The notes under the pieces: generated by a model | Database searches by the model: none | What the model was told of the DNA's origin: nothing | Seen by the model: the letters and a program-made list of their open reading frames with translations, nothing else | Made by a program: the position numbers and the translations under genes | DNA from: Eledone cirrhosa | Lineage: Eukaryota | DNA length: 64,000 nucleotides | Direction: 5' to 3' | Assembly (NCBI GenBank): GCA_964016885.1 | Contig: OZ024751.1 | Coordinates: 31,620,001 to 31,684,000 of the forward strand | Part shown: in pieces, positions 50,860 to 64,000 of the stretch | Layout of the letters: each line of letters opens with the position of its first letter | Numbering within the stretch: the first letter of the stretch is position 1

Positions 50860-50903
<44 letters not shown>

Positions 50904-51320
50904 TATATAGACATATTAAACATTATTATATTTGTTTTCCTTTTATTTTGTAACAATTTGCATCAGACAAAATAAAACAGGGGAATACAAAAAATTGTTT
51001 TGGTGAAACCAATCAAACAAGAAGCTTTGTTTTTTTGTCAGGACTTTTTAGTTATTTATTCGGTTGAAATATTTAAAACAATTCCTTTGCCTGTAATTGG
51101 ACAATCTCAAAAGTAATATTTTCAAATTTCAAATTCTATTCATTTTAGTTCACAGCAGGTGTGTGAAAAGCTGACAAACAAGAGGAACAACTTTTATTTC
51201 AAGGTCAAAATTAAATGTGAACAAAAAGTCTTGTTTCACACCTTAATTGTATATTCAAATTAATTAAGTTGCATCAATTAATTATATATGGCAGCTTTAG
51301 TGGGATTGTTCTACTTTTAA

Positions 51321-51541
51321 CCCTTTAGCATTTACATTACTCTATATATACTATTTTATTTTCATGGTAAAGGCTTTATCTCTCATAATTATCCCTCATA
51401 ATATCGAATCTATGAGATTTTGATATTATTTATTTTGAGAACAATACCTTAACATAAGTACGAGTGGTCAGTTACAGCCAGTTTTAACAGAAAGAGGTGA
51501 GAGAATTCTGGCTGGATACAGCTGGTTTAAATGCTAAAGGG
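51321..51541. mobile_element. piggyBac-type MITE
   Basis: TTAA TSDs flanking CCCTTTAGCATTTA...TAAATGCTAAAGGG TIRs. Confidence 0.88.
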
Positions 51542-51761
51542 TTAAACTGTTTTTGATACCAACCTGATTAAAACTCCCTCTATTTCTATGAAACAAAATG
51601 ACACATTTTAAAAGGTTCTTATTTAACTCTTTTGATACCAACATATATATATGTATGAATTCAACAGAGGTGATTTCAGGGATGTTAGTATCAGAGGGGT
51701 TAATAAGAGATCATGAAAGTTTATGTCCCATATCTATCTATCTATCTATCTATCTATATAT

Positions 51762-52120
51762 ACTTTGGAAGAAGAATCAGGATGGAGAGAGAGGTGCTGT
51801 ACCCCAGCAAGTTTTATGAAAGGTGGGTGAAAGTGGCGAGAATGGCCCGAGTGAATGGGCCTTCTCTCTATATCAGCCTGTAGGTTGAGGAAAAGAAGGA
51901 GGAGAGGAAAGGAGTACAAGCTCTTCGTACTCCTGGAGATGAGGGTTGCACATTTTTTTCGGGGGTCTGTGTTACCCATATAAACTGTCTCCCTCTATTG
52001 GGGAAAATCGACTAACTTTTAAATTCCATCTGTGATAACATTTTACACGTTTTTATTGTATGTAAACTTCCCCCTTTGTATTTGTCCCCTTCTTTTGTGC
52101 CCCTGTGGCTAATAAAGAAA
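51762..52120 (+). mobile_element. Tx1-clade LINE 3' fragment
   Basis: Homologous to the 3' end of the 58726-64000 element (ORF2 end and UTR through aataaagaaa). Confidence 0.85.
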
Positions 52121-52382
52121 TATATCTATCTATATATATATATATATACAGTAGCGGTAGGGCGTCAGGCAATATGCTTTGCGGCATATAGTTGTGTCTA
52201 TACGTTCTGAGTTCAAATCCCGCCGAGGTTAGCTTTGCTTTTCGTCATTACGGGGTTGATAAAATAAAGTACCAGTCATGCACTGGGGTCGATTTAATCA
52301 ACTTTGCCCTCCCCCAAAATTGCTAGCCTTGTGCTTAAATCAGAAACCATTATTATTCACTCACGAAAACACACACACACAC

Positions 52383-53011
52383 ATCATCATCATTTCATTT
52401 TACGTCCACCTTTTCCCTGCTTGCAAGGGTGGGACAGGAACTGATTCTGGCTTGATTTCTACAGCTGGATGCCCTTCCTAACACCAACCTCATTTACAGT
52501 GAGTGCTGGGTGCTTTTTTGCCGTGGCACCTCCACAACCACTTTGCAGTGGAATGATAAGGACCCCAGTCCCTATCATCTCATTTCTACAGCTGATTAAA
52601 CTGGAGCAATGTGAAATAAAGTGTCTTGCTCAAGGAAACAACACATAACCCGGTCTGAGAATTGAACTCACGACCATTCGATTGCAATGCCAATGCTCTA
52701 ACCATTAAGCCATGTGCCTCCATATATTGAACTATATATATACTATATAGTTCAATTCTCAGACCGGATGATGTGTTGTTTCCTTGAGCAAGACACTTTA
52801 TTTCGCATTGCTCCAGTTTACTCAGCTGTAAAGTGTAGGTGTAGGTGCCACTGTAAAGTGGACGTGTAGGTGCCACGGCAAAAAAAGCACCCAGCACTCA
52901 CTGTAAATGAGGTTGGTGTTATGAAGGGCATGCAGCTGTAGAAATCGAGCCAGAATCAGTTCCTGTCCCACCCTTGCAAGCAGGGAAAAGCGGACGTAAA
53001 ATGATGATGAT
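52383..53011. mobile_element. Head-to-head inverted pair of SINE family B copies (~630-bp palindrome)
   Basis: Outer arms 52383-52550 / 52848-53011 and inner arms ~52587-52668 / 52749-52830 are reverse complements; tRNA-like head at ~52660-52720 (-). Confidence 0.85.
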
Positions 53012-53012
53012 A

Positions 53013-53670
53013 CTAGCTGAGGTACCCGGCTTCACCCAGGAGAACAGTTAAGAGAAGACAGATAAAAGAGAAAACGACTGTGTTGGATGTGTTGTTTGGT
53101 ATGAGGTGAGACCGAAATGTGTGTGTGAGAGAGAGAGAGAGAGAGAAAGAAAAACCAATCATAAAACTTCCTTATTAGGCTGGGAGAGTAAACTGCTGAC
53201 TAAATGGTAGCATTGGCCTTGGATTTTAAATGTGAAATAACCATAGTCAGTATGATCTTTTTCAGCTCCAAAGGACATCATTTAAAACGCAGCAATATAT
53301 CGCATAACATTGCTTCTGAAGTTTTTAGCTTTGTTTGTACGGTCTGTAGGTAGTATATGGATAAAAGCTGGAGGGTAGATTAATTTCAAAAAGTATCAAT
53401 TTTTCTTTGTTCTGTAAAATCAAAGACTGTAAAACTACTTTATAAAAGCTAACGCAATATTATTAAACCTTCAACTGATATACTTTGATCTATAGTTTAA
53501 GCCGATTCTAGACTTTTGTGGGACCTGACTCTCTCTCTCTGTCCGAATATCTAACAATTTAATTGTATCTCTCTCTCTTTATGACGGCCTATCTCTCTCT
53601 TTAGATGTGTGTGTGTGTAGTTTTCGTGTAATTCAACCAATAAACATCTCTCTTTTATATTATATATAGA
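53013..53670 (-). mobile_element. Non-autonomous Helitron, family C
   Basis: 5' A|TCTATATATAATATAAAAG; 3' hairpin ctgggtgaagccggg, then CTAG|T. Confidence 0.7.
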
Positions 53671-54177
53671 TATATCGTTATACTTTGGGAAGGTCATGCT
53701 ACCAATAAAAACATGCGCACCTGTTAGTTGTCACTTCAATTTTTTAAGTATAACAATATCTGAACATCTGACTCAACACACGTTTTTCAGATAAGAAATA
53801 TTGCAAAACAAATAAAAAAATGAAGTATATACAAACTTCGGCGACAATTATACATACATGTTTATATATATGTGTATGTATTTATAATTATACATACATG
53901 TTTATATATATATGTGTATGTATGTATGTATGTATAATTGTGCCGAAGTTTGTAGAACTCTTCATTTTCATAGCAAAGTTTACTTCCGTTTTCATTTTCC
54001 TTTCATATTCAGTATCTCTTTTAAGTACATTAATTTATTAGTTTTGACCTTATATGTTAGTTGCTACCATATTTTTAAGATGCTGTCTTCTTTTAAATAT
54101 AAGTGTATTATGTAAAATTGCAGTATGTTGCTATTAAATGTTATATTGAAATAGAGGTAACACATGTGAAAATAACA

Positions 54178-54253
54178 ATGGCAGGCGGCGAGTTACGAAT
54201 GGGAATTGTCACTTTCTTTTTAATTCTTGGGATGCTCATCTGCAAATCTTACG
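54178..54253 (+). CDS. Probable first coding exon (signal peptide) of an unidentified secreted or membrane protein: MAGGELRMGIVTFFLILGMLICKSY(x)
   Basis: acaATGG start context; basic residue, hydrophobic core and small-residue end; strong phase-1 donor G|gtaagg. No downstream exon identified. Confidence 0.6.
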
Positions 54254-54356
54254 GTAAGGGTACTTAGAATTTAATATTTAGTTTCAGAGTATTTAATTAA
54301 AAATATTGCTTGTTTATTTTTGTCTGGTTTAGATGTCTTGTATATTTCTTTCTTGT

Positions 54357-54402
<46 letters not shown>

Positions 54403-54470
54403 GCAAAAAGTAAACGGAATCATCAAAGCAAACAACACAATGCAAGGAAGAAATATATTAGTTTAACGCT

Positions 54471-54505
<35 letters not shown>

Positions 54506-54899
54506 ACTTCACAAGGAGTTAACCTGTACATACATACATGCAAACATAATATTAATTAAATAATTTCTATTATATAATCTTATGATGGAATATTTTATGT
54601 ACATAGGTATACGCAGTCATATATATAAAACGAAGGTGTATGGCTTAGGGTGTTTGGATAATGGTGCATTGTGTCCTTCAGCAAGACATTTTACTTCATA
54701 AGCCAGCTGTGCTTGTAATTCAATGAGCCAGCCTTATCACACTATGTAACATGCTGAATCTCCATGAGAACTGCGTTAAGGGTACACATATCTGTGGAAT
54801 CCTCAGTCTTCTTGCAGGTTAATTTCACTAGCAGTTTCTTCTATTAATCAAATCAACTGGAACATTTGACATTGGAACTGCCAGATGCCCCCCCCCATA

Positions 54900-55150
54900 T
54901 AAGAGGCCCCCCCCCAGTCCCCCCACACACTACACCAGAGACCATCAGACTCCCACACCACACCACAGGTCCTCATTCTGCCTCAGTCTCCCACATACGA
55001 CACCACAGACCCTCAGTCCCTGACTCACACTACACCAGAGACCCTCAGTCCCTGCTACACACTGCATCACAGACCCTCATTCCCTGCCACACACTACACC
55101 ACAGACACTCAGTCCCCTTACACTACACCAGAGGCCCTCAGTCATCCGCA
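54900..55150. repeat. Degenerate C/A-rich ~30-35-bp tandem repeat
   Basis: cacactacaccagagaccctcagtccc recurs. Confidence 0.75.
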
Positions 55151-57964
55151 CAACGCCAAGTGTCTCAAACATAGTCCACAATCTATTTTTCTCAAACTAC
55201 CACAACAGAACAATTTTCGTGATTAATATTTTCCTAATACTTGCTAATTTGACAAATCTGTCCTCTTTACATTTTGTACTAATTCCTATATCCCACTTAC
55301 AATCATATGTGTATTTATTTTGATGAAAATAATAATGGGTTTCTGATTTAGGCACAGGCCAACAATTTTGGGAAAGGGAAAGTCGATTAAATCGACCCCC
55401 AGTTCATTACTGGTATTTTATTTTATCAACCCTTTTAGGATGAAAGGCAAACTTAACCTCGGCAGGATTTAAACTCAGATCGTAAAGGACTGTAACTCTA
55501 TGCCGTAAAGCATGTCCGATGCTCCACCAAAACTGAGCAAACTGATGGAAATCATGTCTCATCCATCCCCATCTCTCTTTTGGCCCACTTTGCCTCTACC
55601 CCAGAAAAAAAGGGCGTTTTATGTCCTTGAGTTTTAGAACCCTGCACTACATATATATGTAATTTTATAGCAAACCTAGAGAGGGGTGGGCTACGCCAAG
55701 CTTAAAAATACCCTAGAAACGCCGTATGCCATTTTGGTGCCCCTATAATTCCATGAGGAGTTACGGGACCGTGTATAGCAAGCCTGAGAGAGATGGGTTC
55801 CACTGGGCTTAAAATGCCTTGGAAACGCCGTATACCATTCCAGTGCCCCTACAACTCTATCAGGAATTATGGGACCATGTATAGCAAGCCTACAAAACAT
55901 GTGAACCTTTGTAAGTTATCTCTTTATTTCTGATGACCTTTTTTTTAAAAGTAGACACCAATTCTGTAACAACTTAAGGAATTCCTCTAAAATTATCTCG
56001 AAATTATCTAATGTTTTGGAATTTAACTATTTATCTTTTCCTCTTGATGTTGTTAGTGCCATTTATCACCAGCTGAACTTAACTGTTTAATTATTTCATA
56101 GCCCATGCTAATTTTATTGGTCACTAAGCGACGATGATGACAGTCTATAATGATGATGATAATGACTGTCGATGATGATGATAGCCATGACATTTCACAA
56201 CATTTTAAACACTAACTTCTTAGAGATACATTTTTCTCCGTCCTTTATTCTCTTGGGAATTATCCAACTGTGTCAACCCTGTGTCAGCATTAGAAGACTT
56301 GATAAAATTGTGTTTGTGTGAATGAGTGTACGTGTGTATATGCATGCAGGCGGTAAATTGGCGGAGTCGTTAGAACATCGGATAGAATACTTTATTGTAT
56401 TTGTTCCAGCTCTCTGCTCTCAGTTCAAATTAAGCCAAGGTCAACTTTGCCTCTCAGTTCAAATTCCGCCAAGGTCAACTTTGCCTTTCATCCTTTTGAG
56501 GTCGATAAAAAAAGAAGTACCAGTCTAGTACTTGGGTCGATTCTTCCTCTCTCTGGAAGAAATCTGCTGTACTCAGGCCTGGAGAGGGATGGGCTCGGTG
56601 AGGCTTAAAATGTAAAAGAAATGTCGTATGTTAATACGGCGCCCCTACAGCTCTATCAGGAGTTATGGTACCATACGATAGTATACGTATGTATATATAT
56701 ATATATATGCATTTATGTATGTATGTGTTTACGTATATATGTGTGTGTGTATTTGATTTGTAAAATATCTTAGTACTACATGTCTTACATCAAATCTGTT
56801 ATATATACACACCTCTCAGGAATCTCCTAAGAAATATACTTTAATCTTTGAAGTATTTGCCTATAATTTATTACTTCTACAGTGTCTATCAATTCAGTCT
56901 GATTTAATTATAAGAAACTAAATTTTATAAATAATTTCATTGTTGTCTTTACTGTCTCCTTATAAAGCTGTCCTACCTGCACAACCCTATTAAGCAAGTC
57001 TAGACAAGTTGTAACTAGGACATTTTTCTGTATGACATTTTGAGCTATAGCTGATAATAATAATAATTGTTTCTACTTTTGGCACAAGGTCAGCAATCAC
57101 CCAGTACATTACTTGTACTTTATTTTATCGACCCCGTAATGATGAAAGGTAAAGTTAACCTCGGCGCGATTTTTATTCCAGTACTCTGCTGAGGTTAACT
57201 TTACCTTTCATCCTTACAGGGTCAATAAAATAAAGTACCAGTGACACACTGAAGTCGATTTAACCCCCCCCCCCCCCATAAAAAAATTGTTAGCCTTGTG
57301 CCTAAAGTAGAAGCAATTATTATTAGTCCTGTGTGTGGCTAATAAAGAAGTCATTCTTGAACAGGGTGGCGTGTCTTTTTGTGGCACTGACATTTAATAT
57401 TTTACAGTGGATAATGAATGCATTTTTTTTTCATGGCACCAACACTAGAATTTTACAAATGTTTTTAAAATTTGCTGGCAAATATTTAAAAACAAAAGAA
57501 TATTTGAAATTTAAACTGTTCAACGATTGAGTTATGATCAGATGTTGTATATATTTTTATCAACTTTATTAACATAGTCCTCAATTTAAATAGACAATTA
57601 TTTTTAGTTTTAAGATCAATGTTGTTTAATCTCAAAGCTATTTAAAATATTGTGACAATTGTAATAATATATCAGAAGTCAAAGTATATAATTTAACCTG
57701 AAAGAAATAACTCTGGCCTATTGTTTCTATTTAAATGTTTATAATTTCATAGTTGATAAATTAATAATTGTTTCTACTTTAGGTACAAGGCCAGCAATTA
57801 CCCAGTGCATTTTGATAAATTAATAATACTAATGTAAAGTAGTAGACTAATCTTTGTTATAGCTACTGAGATGTGCCTTTAGTCTACATAGTTGATATAT
57901 TAGTGTACCAATGTAAAGTAATATATCCACTGTGTTGTGTCATTAGTCGACATAGTTGAAATAT

Positions 57965-58165
57965 TGATGTCATTGCCTTTGAGAGGTGCAAGGTCAGCTT
58001 TTATCACCTCGTCCCAGGATCTCCTAGGTCTTCCTACTCCATAGCTTCCATCAACTTTGATTGCTCTGCACCTTTTTATACAGCTGTCATCCTTCATACG
58101 CATCACATGACCATACCAATACAATCTCCTCTCTTGTACACTTATACCCAATTTCTTTCTCAGTT
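57965..58165 (-). mobile_element. RTE LINE 3' fragment
   Basis: ELRKKLGI..VQERRLYWYGHVMRMKDD...GRPRRSW, homologous to 35105-35404. Confidence 0.8.
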
Positions 58166-58939
58166 CATTTACAATTATTACTATTACACATCGATCATTA
58201 TATATCATCATCTTCGTTTAACGTCCATCTTCCACGCTAGCATGGGTTAGACGGGAGTTGTCTCACTTGAGGCAAGGTTGGTCGGGTGACCGTGTCTCGC
58301 TCATATAGGACTATCTGGCAGGTTTTCTACGACTGTATGCCCTTCCAACCACATTTACAGTGTGGAACTGGGAACTTTTTACCGTGTTACCTACATGGCC
58401 ACATTACAGCGTGGACTGTGTGTGTTTTTTTGTCGTGACATCTACACGATCTCGATCTCATTATCTCATTTATTTGGACTGGATGTTGTGGTACCAACTT
58501 TACAGAGAGAGGTTGGTGGGAGTTGGAGGATAGGGTAGGGGTAGTGGATTGGGGTGTATATTTGGTTAAGAGGTGCCTACTGACTGTAGGTTTCGCTTTG
58601 TACATTATATATATATATATATATATATCACCATTTAACATATTTTTCCATGCTTGCATGGGTTACTGTCATTGGGAGTTGTGCTTTGATGTTGTTATTG
58701 TTGTTTTTGTTCAAAAATAGATAGATTTCTTTATTTACCATAAAGGCATAAAAAGAAGGGACAAATACAAAGGGGGAGTTTACATATAATCGAGTAAAAA
58801 GGGTGTAACATGAAAATAATCGAAAATAACCTCAAAAGGGAGGGGACGTGATGGGGTTGCACACACCCCCGAAAAAGTGTGCAATCCTTTGCCCGGGGAG
58901 CACATGGAGAAGGTGCTCCCCTCTCCTTTACTTCTTTAC

Positions 58940-61900
58940 CTACAGGATGGTATACAGAGAAGGCCCATTTACACGAGCCATTCTCGCCACTATCACCCAC
59001 CTTTCATAAAACTGCCTGTGGCCAAGCACCTCTCTCTCCATTCTTATCCTTCTTCCGAAGTGATATTGGAAGAAGTAGACCAGACTATGGCCAGAGAGGA
59101 AGTTGCCTGACCTCAGACCTTTCAATCGTGTCCACCAAACAACCTCTTTCAACATGGCTATTACGCACAGAAAAACCGCCTTTGCTTCCTTTGTGAAGAG
59201 GGGAGGCGGTTTGATTGTCATCACGGACTCGGCGGTCAATTTAATCGGCGCCACCCGCGACAGCAGTCGTTCGGCGTAGCCCCACAGATCAGCCACGCCC
59301 GGACATTGCACCAATGCGTGCGCAACGGTTTCTTCGTGACGCACGCATCTAGGGCAAATCTTTTTTGAGGGATCCCTGCCCGGGCGCCCGTGTCTGTAGA
59401 GCCTCTCTCGAACGGGTAGAGCCCCCCGGTAGCACTGCCAGGCCAGTGACTTCTGGAAGTTGTCCATTGGTCCTGGGCCGAAAGTCCTACCGAACAGGCT
59501 GGCCAGTTCGTCTTCTTCCATGTCCAGCGACTCTCCAAGGGTGTCATCGCCCCTGCTAGCCACCAGCCCTCTATAGAATGATGAGGTGGATTCTCCACCG
59601 ATGGCCTGGCCCGCTTGCCAGAGAGCCCTGAGCGCCTGAGCACACTCAGTGTGCCAGTCTCCCAGTTTTCCGGATCTTTGCTTGACCCAGGACTGTAGCT
59701 CGGTGAGCGAGACGAGTCTCGGAAAGGCTCGTTTCACGAACGGAGCCCACACCGGTTGACCAGTGAGGAATACCTGTAGGTGCCGTAGCCTTAATGCGTG
59801 CCTACGCATCATCAACCACGGCATCCCCAGCCCTCCTTTCGAAGGTTGTTGGCAGCAGATGGATCTTCTCACCATAGGAGGACGCTTCTTCCAAAGAAAT
59901 TGGAAGAGCATGCGTTCCATGGTGGTGAGTGTTTCCTTAGGGCAAGGCACGACAGTCAGGCGGTAGTAAGTGACGGACGCTATGTAAATGTTCGCCACCT
60001 CCGCCCGGCCTTTTAGGGACAGCTTACACTTGGCCCATTTCTGGGTTAGTGCAAACACCTTGTTCGTAACCTCGTTCCAGTTCTTTTCCACCTGGAGGTC
60101 CGGTCCAAACCAGACCCCAATCAACTTTACCGGGCCCTCCGTCCAGTGTCCGACGACACCGTCAGCAGGCATCGGTCTGCCTCTCCATGTTCCGAGTTGC
60201 AGCCCGATGGATTTTTCCCGGTTCAGTTTCGCTCCTGACAACCTTTCGTACTCCTCCAGTAAGGTACCGATCGCCTCGATCTCCGAGTCGGTTGATACCA
60301 TTACTGTTACGTCATCGGCGTAGGCCGACACCGCTTTGCTCAATCCTGGTTCCAGGGGGATACCCTGCAACAACTCCAACTTCCTCAGTAAAGGCTCGAG
60401 AGTCAATACGTACAGAAGGGAGGAGAGAGGGCACCCCTGTCGAATGGATCGTGTGATTTCGAACGGCTTCGAAAGGTAGCCGTTCACCTTGATCCTAGAA
60501 CAGATGTGGTTGCTATGTAGGGCAGTGATCCAGCCTCTGAAAACAGGACCGAACCCAGCCGCCGCTAGCACCGCATCCAGGTAACCATGGTCGACCCTAT
60601 CGAAGGCCTTAGACTGATCCAAGTTGATCAGGGCCCCACCGAAGCCGGGTTTGTTGCCAACCCTCTCTATGATGTATCGCATGAGGTGGAGGTTATCGTG
60701 AATGGACCTGGATGGGATAGCACATGTCTGCGCATCTCCCACCAGGCCACCCACGACAAGCGCCAACCTCTTTGCTAACACCTTGGCCAAAATCTTTAAC
60801 TCTGTGTTTAGCAGGGTTATGGGCCGAAAATTATTTATACTATCCCCCTTGTTCTCGTCCTTCCTCACCAGCGTGACTACGCCCTTGGCTACAGAACAAG
60901 GAATTCTCCCGTTCTGCTGCCAATTGCAGTAGACCGCTTCGAGGAGTTCGGAGAAGAGGACCGGCATTGCTAAATAAAGTTCGTAAGGTATACCATCGAG
61001 ACCTGGAGATTTGCGTCTGCTGCATTGGCTCAGCGCATCTCCGATCTCATCAGCCGAGATTGGTCCCTCGCAGGACTCTGCCTCTTCGTTCGAGAGACGC
61101 GGCAGGCTGTCGAGGTATGGACCGAAATCCACGCCCCCGCCCGGACCCTCGCCTCCCCCGAACAATCGGGCAAAGTGCCTTTGAAAGACCTCGCACATCT
61201 GCTTAGGCTCCCGGATCACCCGTCCATCTTCGTCTTGCAACGACCGGATGGTGGATCGATTTCCACTCTTAGCTTCTGTCACGCGGGCCCATCCAACGGC
61301 TTTGGCCCCCTCATTACCTAGAGCACGTATTTTACTTCGAATGACGCAGCCTTCGTGCTTTGCATCGAAAAACTGGTTCAAGGCCGTCCTCGATGCCAGC
61401 ACTCTGGCCACATCTTCGCTCTTGATTGCCTCTTCTAATTTACCTGTTAATTCTTTCTCGTTTCTATTCCTATCGGCAGCTAACATCTTGCTATAACTTA
61501 TTGATTCTGTTCTAATCTCTCTTTTGAGAGATGCCCACCATCGGTTGTTGACGATTGCACCCGTCAACCTCTCCTTAACTAATCTGCTAATCCGGTTTCT
61601 GTAAGTCTCTTTGCCGGTAAAGACAAATTAAGTTTCCAGTAACCGGGACCCTGTCTATGTGTTTTCTCGAGATTGACCACGCAGGTCACTAATTTGTGAT
61701 CCGTGTAGCCAACCGTGCGCATTTCTGGACAGCTTAATATGTCCCTATCCTTACTTCTAACTAAGAATCTATCTAAGTACGATCTAGATTGACCACTGTG
61801 GTTTCTCCAAGTCCAGGTAGGCACAGTTGGAAAATCTAGTCGATATCTATCGACCAAGTTAAAACGGTCGAGTAACCCCTTGAGGCTGTTACACCCCCCT

Positions 61901-62376
61901 CTATTAGGACATGCTCCTGCATAGTCCCAACGTGCATCCAGGATGTCATTCCAATCCCCCGCTAGAAGCAGGGAACGCGACGTTCCCAGAAAAGTCTCCA
62001 AATACTGGAAGAAGTCGGGCCGTTCAGCTCCGAAAGGGGAGTAGACGGCGACCAGTCTCAAGGCCGCACTTTCACTACTGCCAACGTCTAGCACCAACAA
62101 ACGACCCTCTGGGTCCGAGTGCACAACCTGTACGGCAAGACCTAGGTGTTTTTGCAGCAGTACGACAACCCCACCCCCACCTCCAGGTTGACAGAGAGAT
62201 GCATGCACCTCAAAGTCATCGAAGGTGGGGGCCAGCTGCCGCATGACGCTGATTCGAGTCTCACAGATAACCATTACATTTATACTACATGACCTGAGGT
62301 CATTTAGAAGCTTTGCTTGCTTCCAAGTTGAGCCCAGGCCACGTGCATTCAAACATCCTACTCTTAACACATCCAT
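58940..62376 (-). pseudogene. Tx1 ORF2 (AP endonuclease + reverse transcriptase + Zn motif), split by one frameshift near 61600
   Basis: APE: LNARGL, ICET, GDWN, SYLDRFLV, TDHKLV, GYWKLN. RT: KSPGLDG, FRPITLLN, DQSKAFD, RQGCPLS, YADD. C-terminus CPRC...ETVAHALVQC. Confidence 0.93.
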
Positions 62377-62409
62377 GTGGGCGGCAGAGCCAAAGGAGAG
62401 TGTAGAGAC

Positions 62410-64000
62410 CTACCTTTCCGCTTCCCGGGGTTCGGGTTGCACGACTTCCATGGGGTCGGGGGTGTTGGGTGAAGGGGTGTCTTGTGGTGGTGTGGGGTCG
62501 TCAGTGTGTGGTGGGGTTGGGGTGTTTGGAGTTGTGTTGGGGAGGGGAAGGGGAGGGGGAAAGCTTTTTAGTAGGACGCGGTTTATGGGTTTGACAGAGG
62601 GTGGTCCTACGTCCTCCTTAAAATCCTTTTTTAGTTTTTGGTAGAGGTTCATTGGGATCTTTATTAGTTTTAAATGTGGGTAGTTTTCTGACGAAACAAA
62701 GTTTACACCTTCGGTTTGTACCGAAGGATTATTGTATATGAGTTCATTTAATTTATTATTGTTTCTGTTGATGTAAGTATAGTGTAATGTCTTTTTTTCC
62801 GATGGTGTGAGTGTTTCGAAGAGGGGATGGGGCAGGTTTGGTTTTGTTTGTTGCTGGAGGGGTGTTTTCTGTTTTGTTGGATTGTGTTGAGATTTGGGTG
62901 GGGGTTGTTTGTCCTTGTGTGTTTTGCACATGTTTTCTTTTTTTCCTTTTAATCTGTCTGAAGGACTCCGTTTCTTCCTCCGAATTCGTTGGGTTATCTT
63001 CAGTGTTGGAGGGAAGAGGTATGTTTGCTGGTAATGTTTCCGTGTTGGTTTTCTTTGTGGGGGAGATGGATGTCACTATGTTAGACTGTGTTGTGTGTTG
63101 TGTCTGCGGTGGTTGTGTTGTTTTATTGAGTGAGGGGTTGGGTGGGCCTGTATTTTGTTTTGGGGTAATGTGTTGTGACTGTTTGTGTTGTGGTGGTGTT
63201 GTGGTTTTACTGAGGGACGGGTTGGGTGGGACTGAGTTTTGTTGTTTGTTTATCTGTTGTGGTGGTGGTGGTGGAGCTGGTGTTGGTAGCAGGGTTTTCT
63301 TTTTGTTGAGTTGGGGACAAGCGGCCTTCAGGTGCCCTCTGCCTGCACAGATATGGCAGGACGGCCTTCTCCCCTCCACACTAATGTTTATATACCCGTG
63401 GTCCTCTAATAGGATTCTGTCGGGTATTTGGGCGATGCGTTCAGGCTTCATTTGTACTACCAGTTCTATACCTGTTCCACTGAACGCATTGCCTGTGGTT
63501 TTCCCAATGGAAATCACGTTGTCATTCACTGGATCGATGAAGCCAGCTATGAGCCAGCAGTAGTCCACATCTGGCATCATTGCATCCAGCCATATGCGTT
63601 GAGTTCTTTTCCCCATATAAGATGGATAAAAGATGAAATTTTTCGAACGAATCGGTGACAAAGCACATTTTTTTGCCGCCGATTCGTTCTTCATGATAAT
63701 TGCTAGGCTTCCATACAGTCTGTCTTTTCTTATGAAAGTGGTTTCATTAAGTACTTCTGTGAGTACTGTTTTGATATCTGCTTGAGAAGGCTGTTCAGGT
63801 TTTTTTGTACTGTTGTTGATGGTCCGAAACTTGACCGTTCGGCTTTCAATGTCTTTCGTGAATTCTTGAGGCATTTTTACCGATAAAATACCATTCTCTC
63901 CTTCACTTATGTATTGTTTGGCGTCCGTGATCCTTCGTACCACATCTGAAATGTTTTCCGCTATATAAGTCAAAGATTTCTTTGTTTTCTGTGCAAATGA
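62410..64000 (-). pseudogene. Tx1 ORF1 (gag-like, zinc knuckle), open to the window edge, with an apparent frameshift near 62760-62930
   Basis: CHICAGRGHLKAAC (CX2CX4HX4C) and a Pro/Thr/Gln-rich tail. The second frame ends at 62410, just before the ORF2 ATG. Confidence 0.85.

Larger units (their letters stand above)
58726..64000 (-). mobile_element. Tx1-clade (L1 group) non-LTR retrotransposon, 5' end beyond window
   Basis: ORF1 with CCHC knuckle, ORF2 with APE + RT + C-terminal zinc motif, and a 3' UTR ending AATAAAGAAA. Confidence 0.95.

Noticed and set aside
62811-63563. 250-aa plus-strand ORF and other ORFs overlapping the LINEs
   Set aside because: Antisense or alternative-frame shadows of the Tx1 and RTE coding sequence.

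Overview
AT-rich, microsatellite- and transposon-dense eukaryotic DNA. The SINE/LINE repertoire looks like an octopod cephalopod (inference). Host genes: (1) the 5' part of a minus-strand ANKLE1-like gene (ankyrin repeats; the LEM and GIY-YIG exons would lie left of the window). Four phase-compatible coding exons lie at 45425-45483, 5788-5931, 2608-2713 and 37-175, with a ~39.5 kb first intron and a CCAAT-CCAAT-CHR-like promoter. (2) An intact tRNA-Lys(CTT) at 48067-48139. (3) A probable signal-peptide first coding exon of a plus-strand gene at 54178-54253. The rest is mobile DNA: a long, frameshifted Tx1-clade LINE (58.7-64 kb); RTE, CR1-like and HERO-like LINE fragments; an internally deleted DD37D (maT) transposon; hAT and piggyBac-type MITEs; non-autonomous Helitrons including a head-to-tail array; many tRNA-derived SINEs; and minisatellites. 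The most unusual signals are short Penelope-like repeats carrying minimal type I hammerhead ribozyme motifs and many fold-back inverted repeats. Most entries in the ORF track are low-complexity or antisense artefacts. All coordinates were read by eye; repeat boundaries are approximate.
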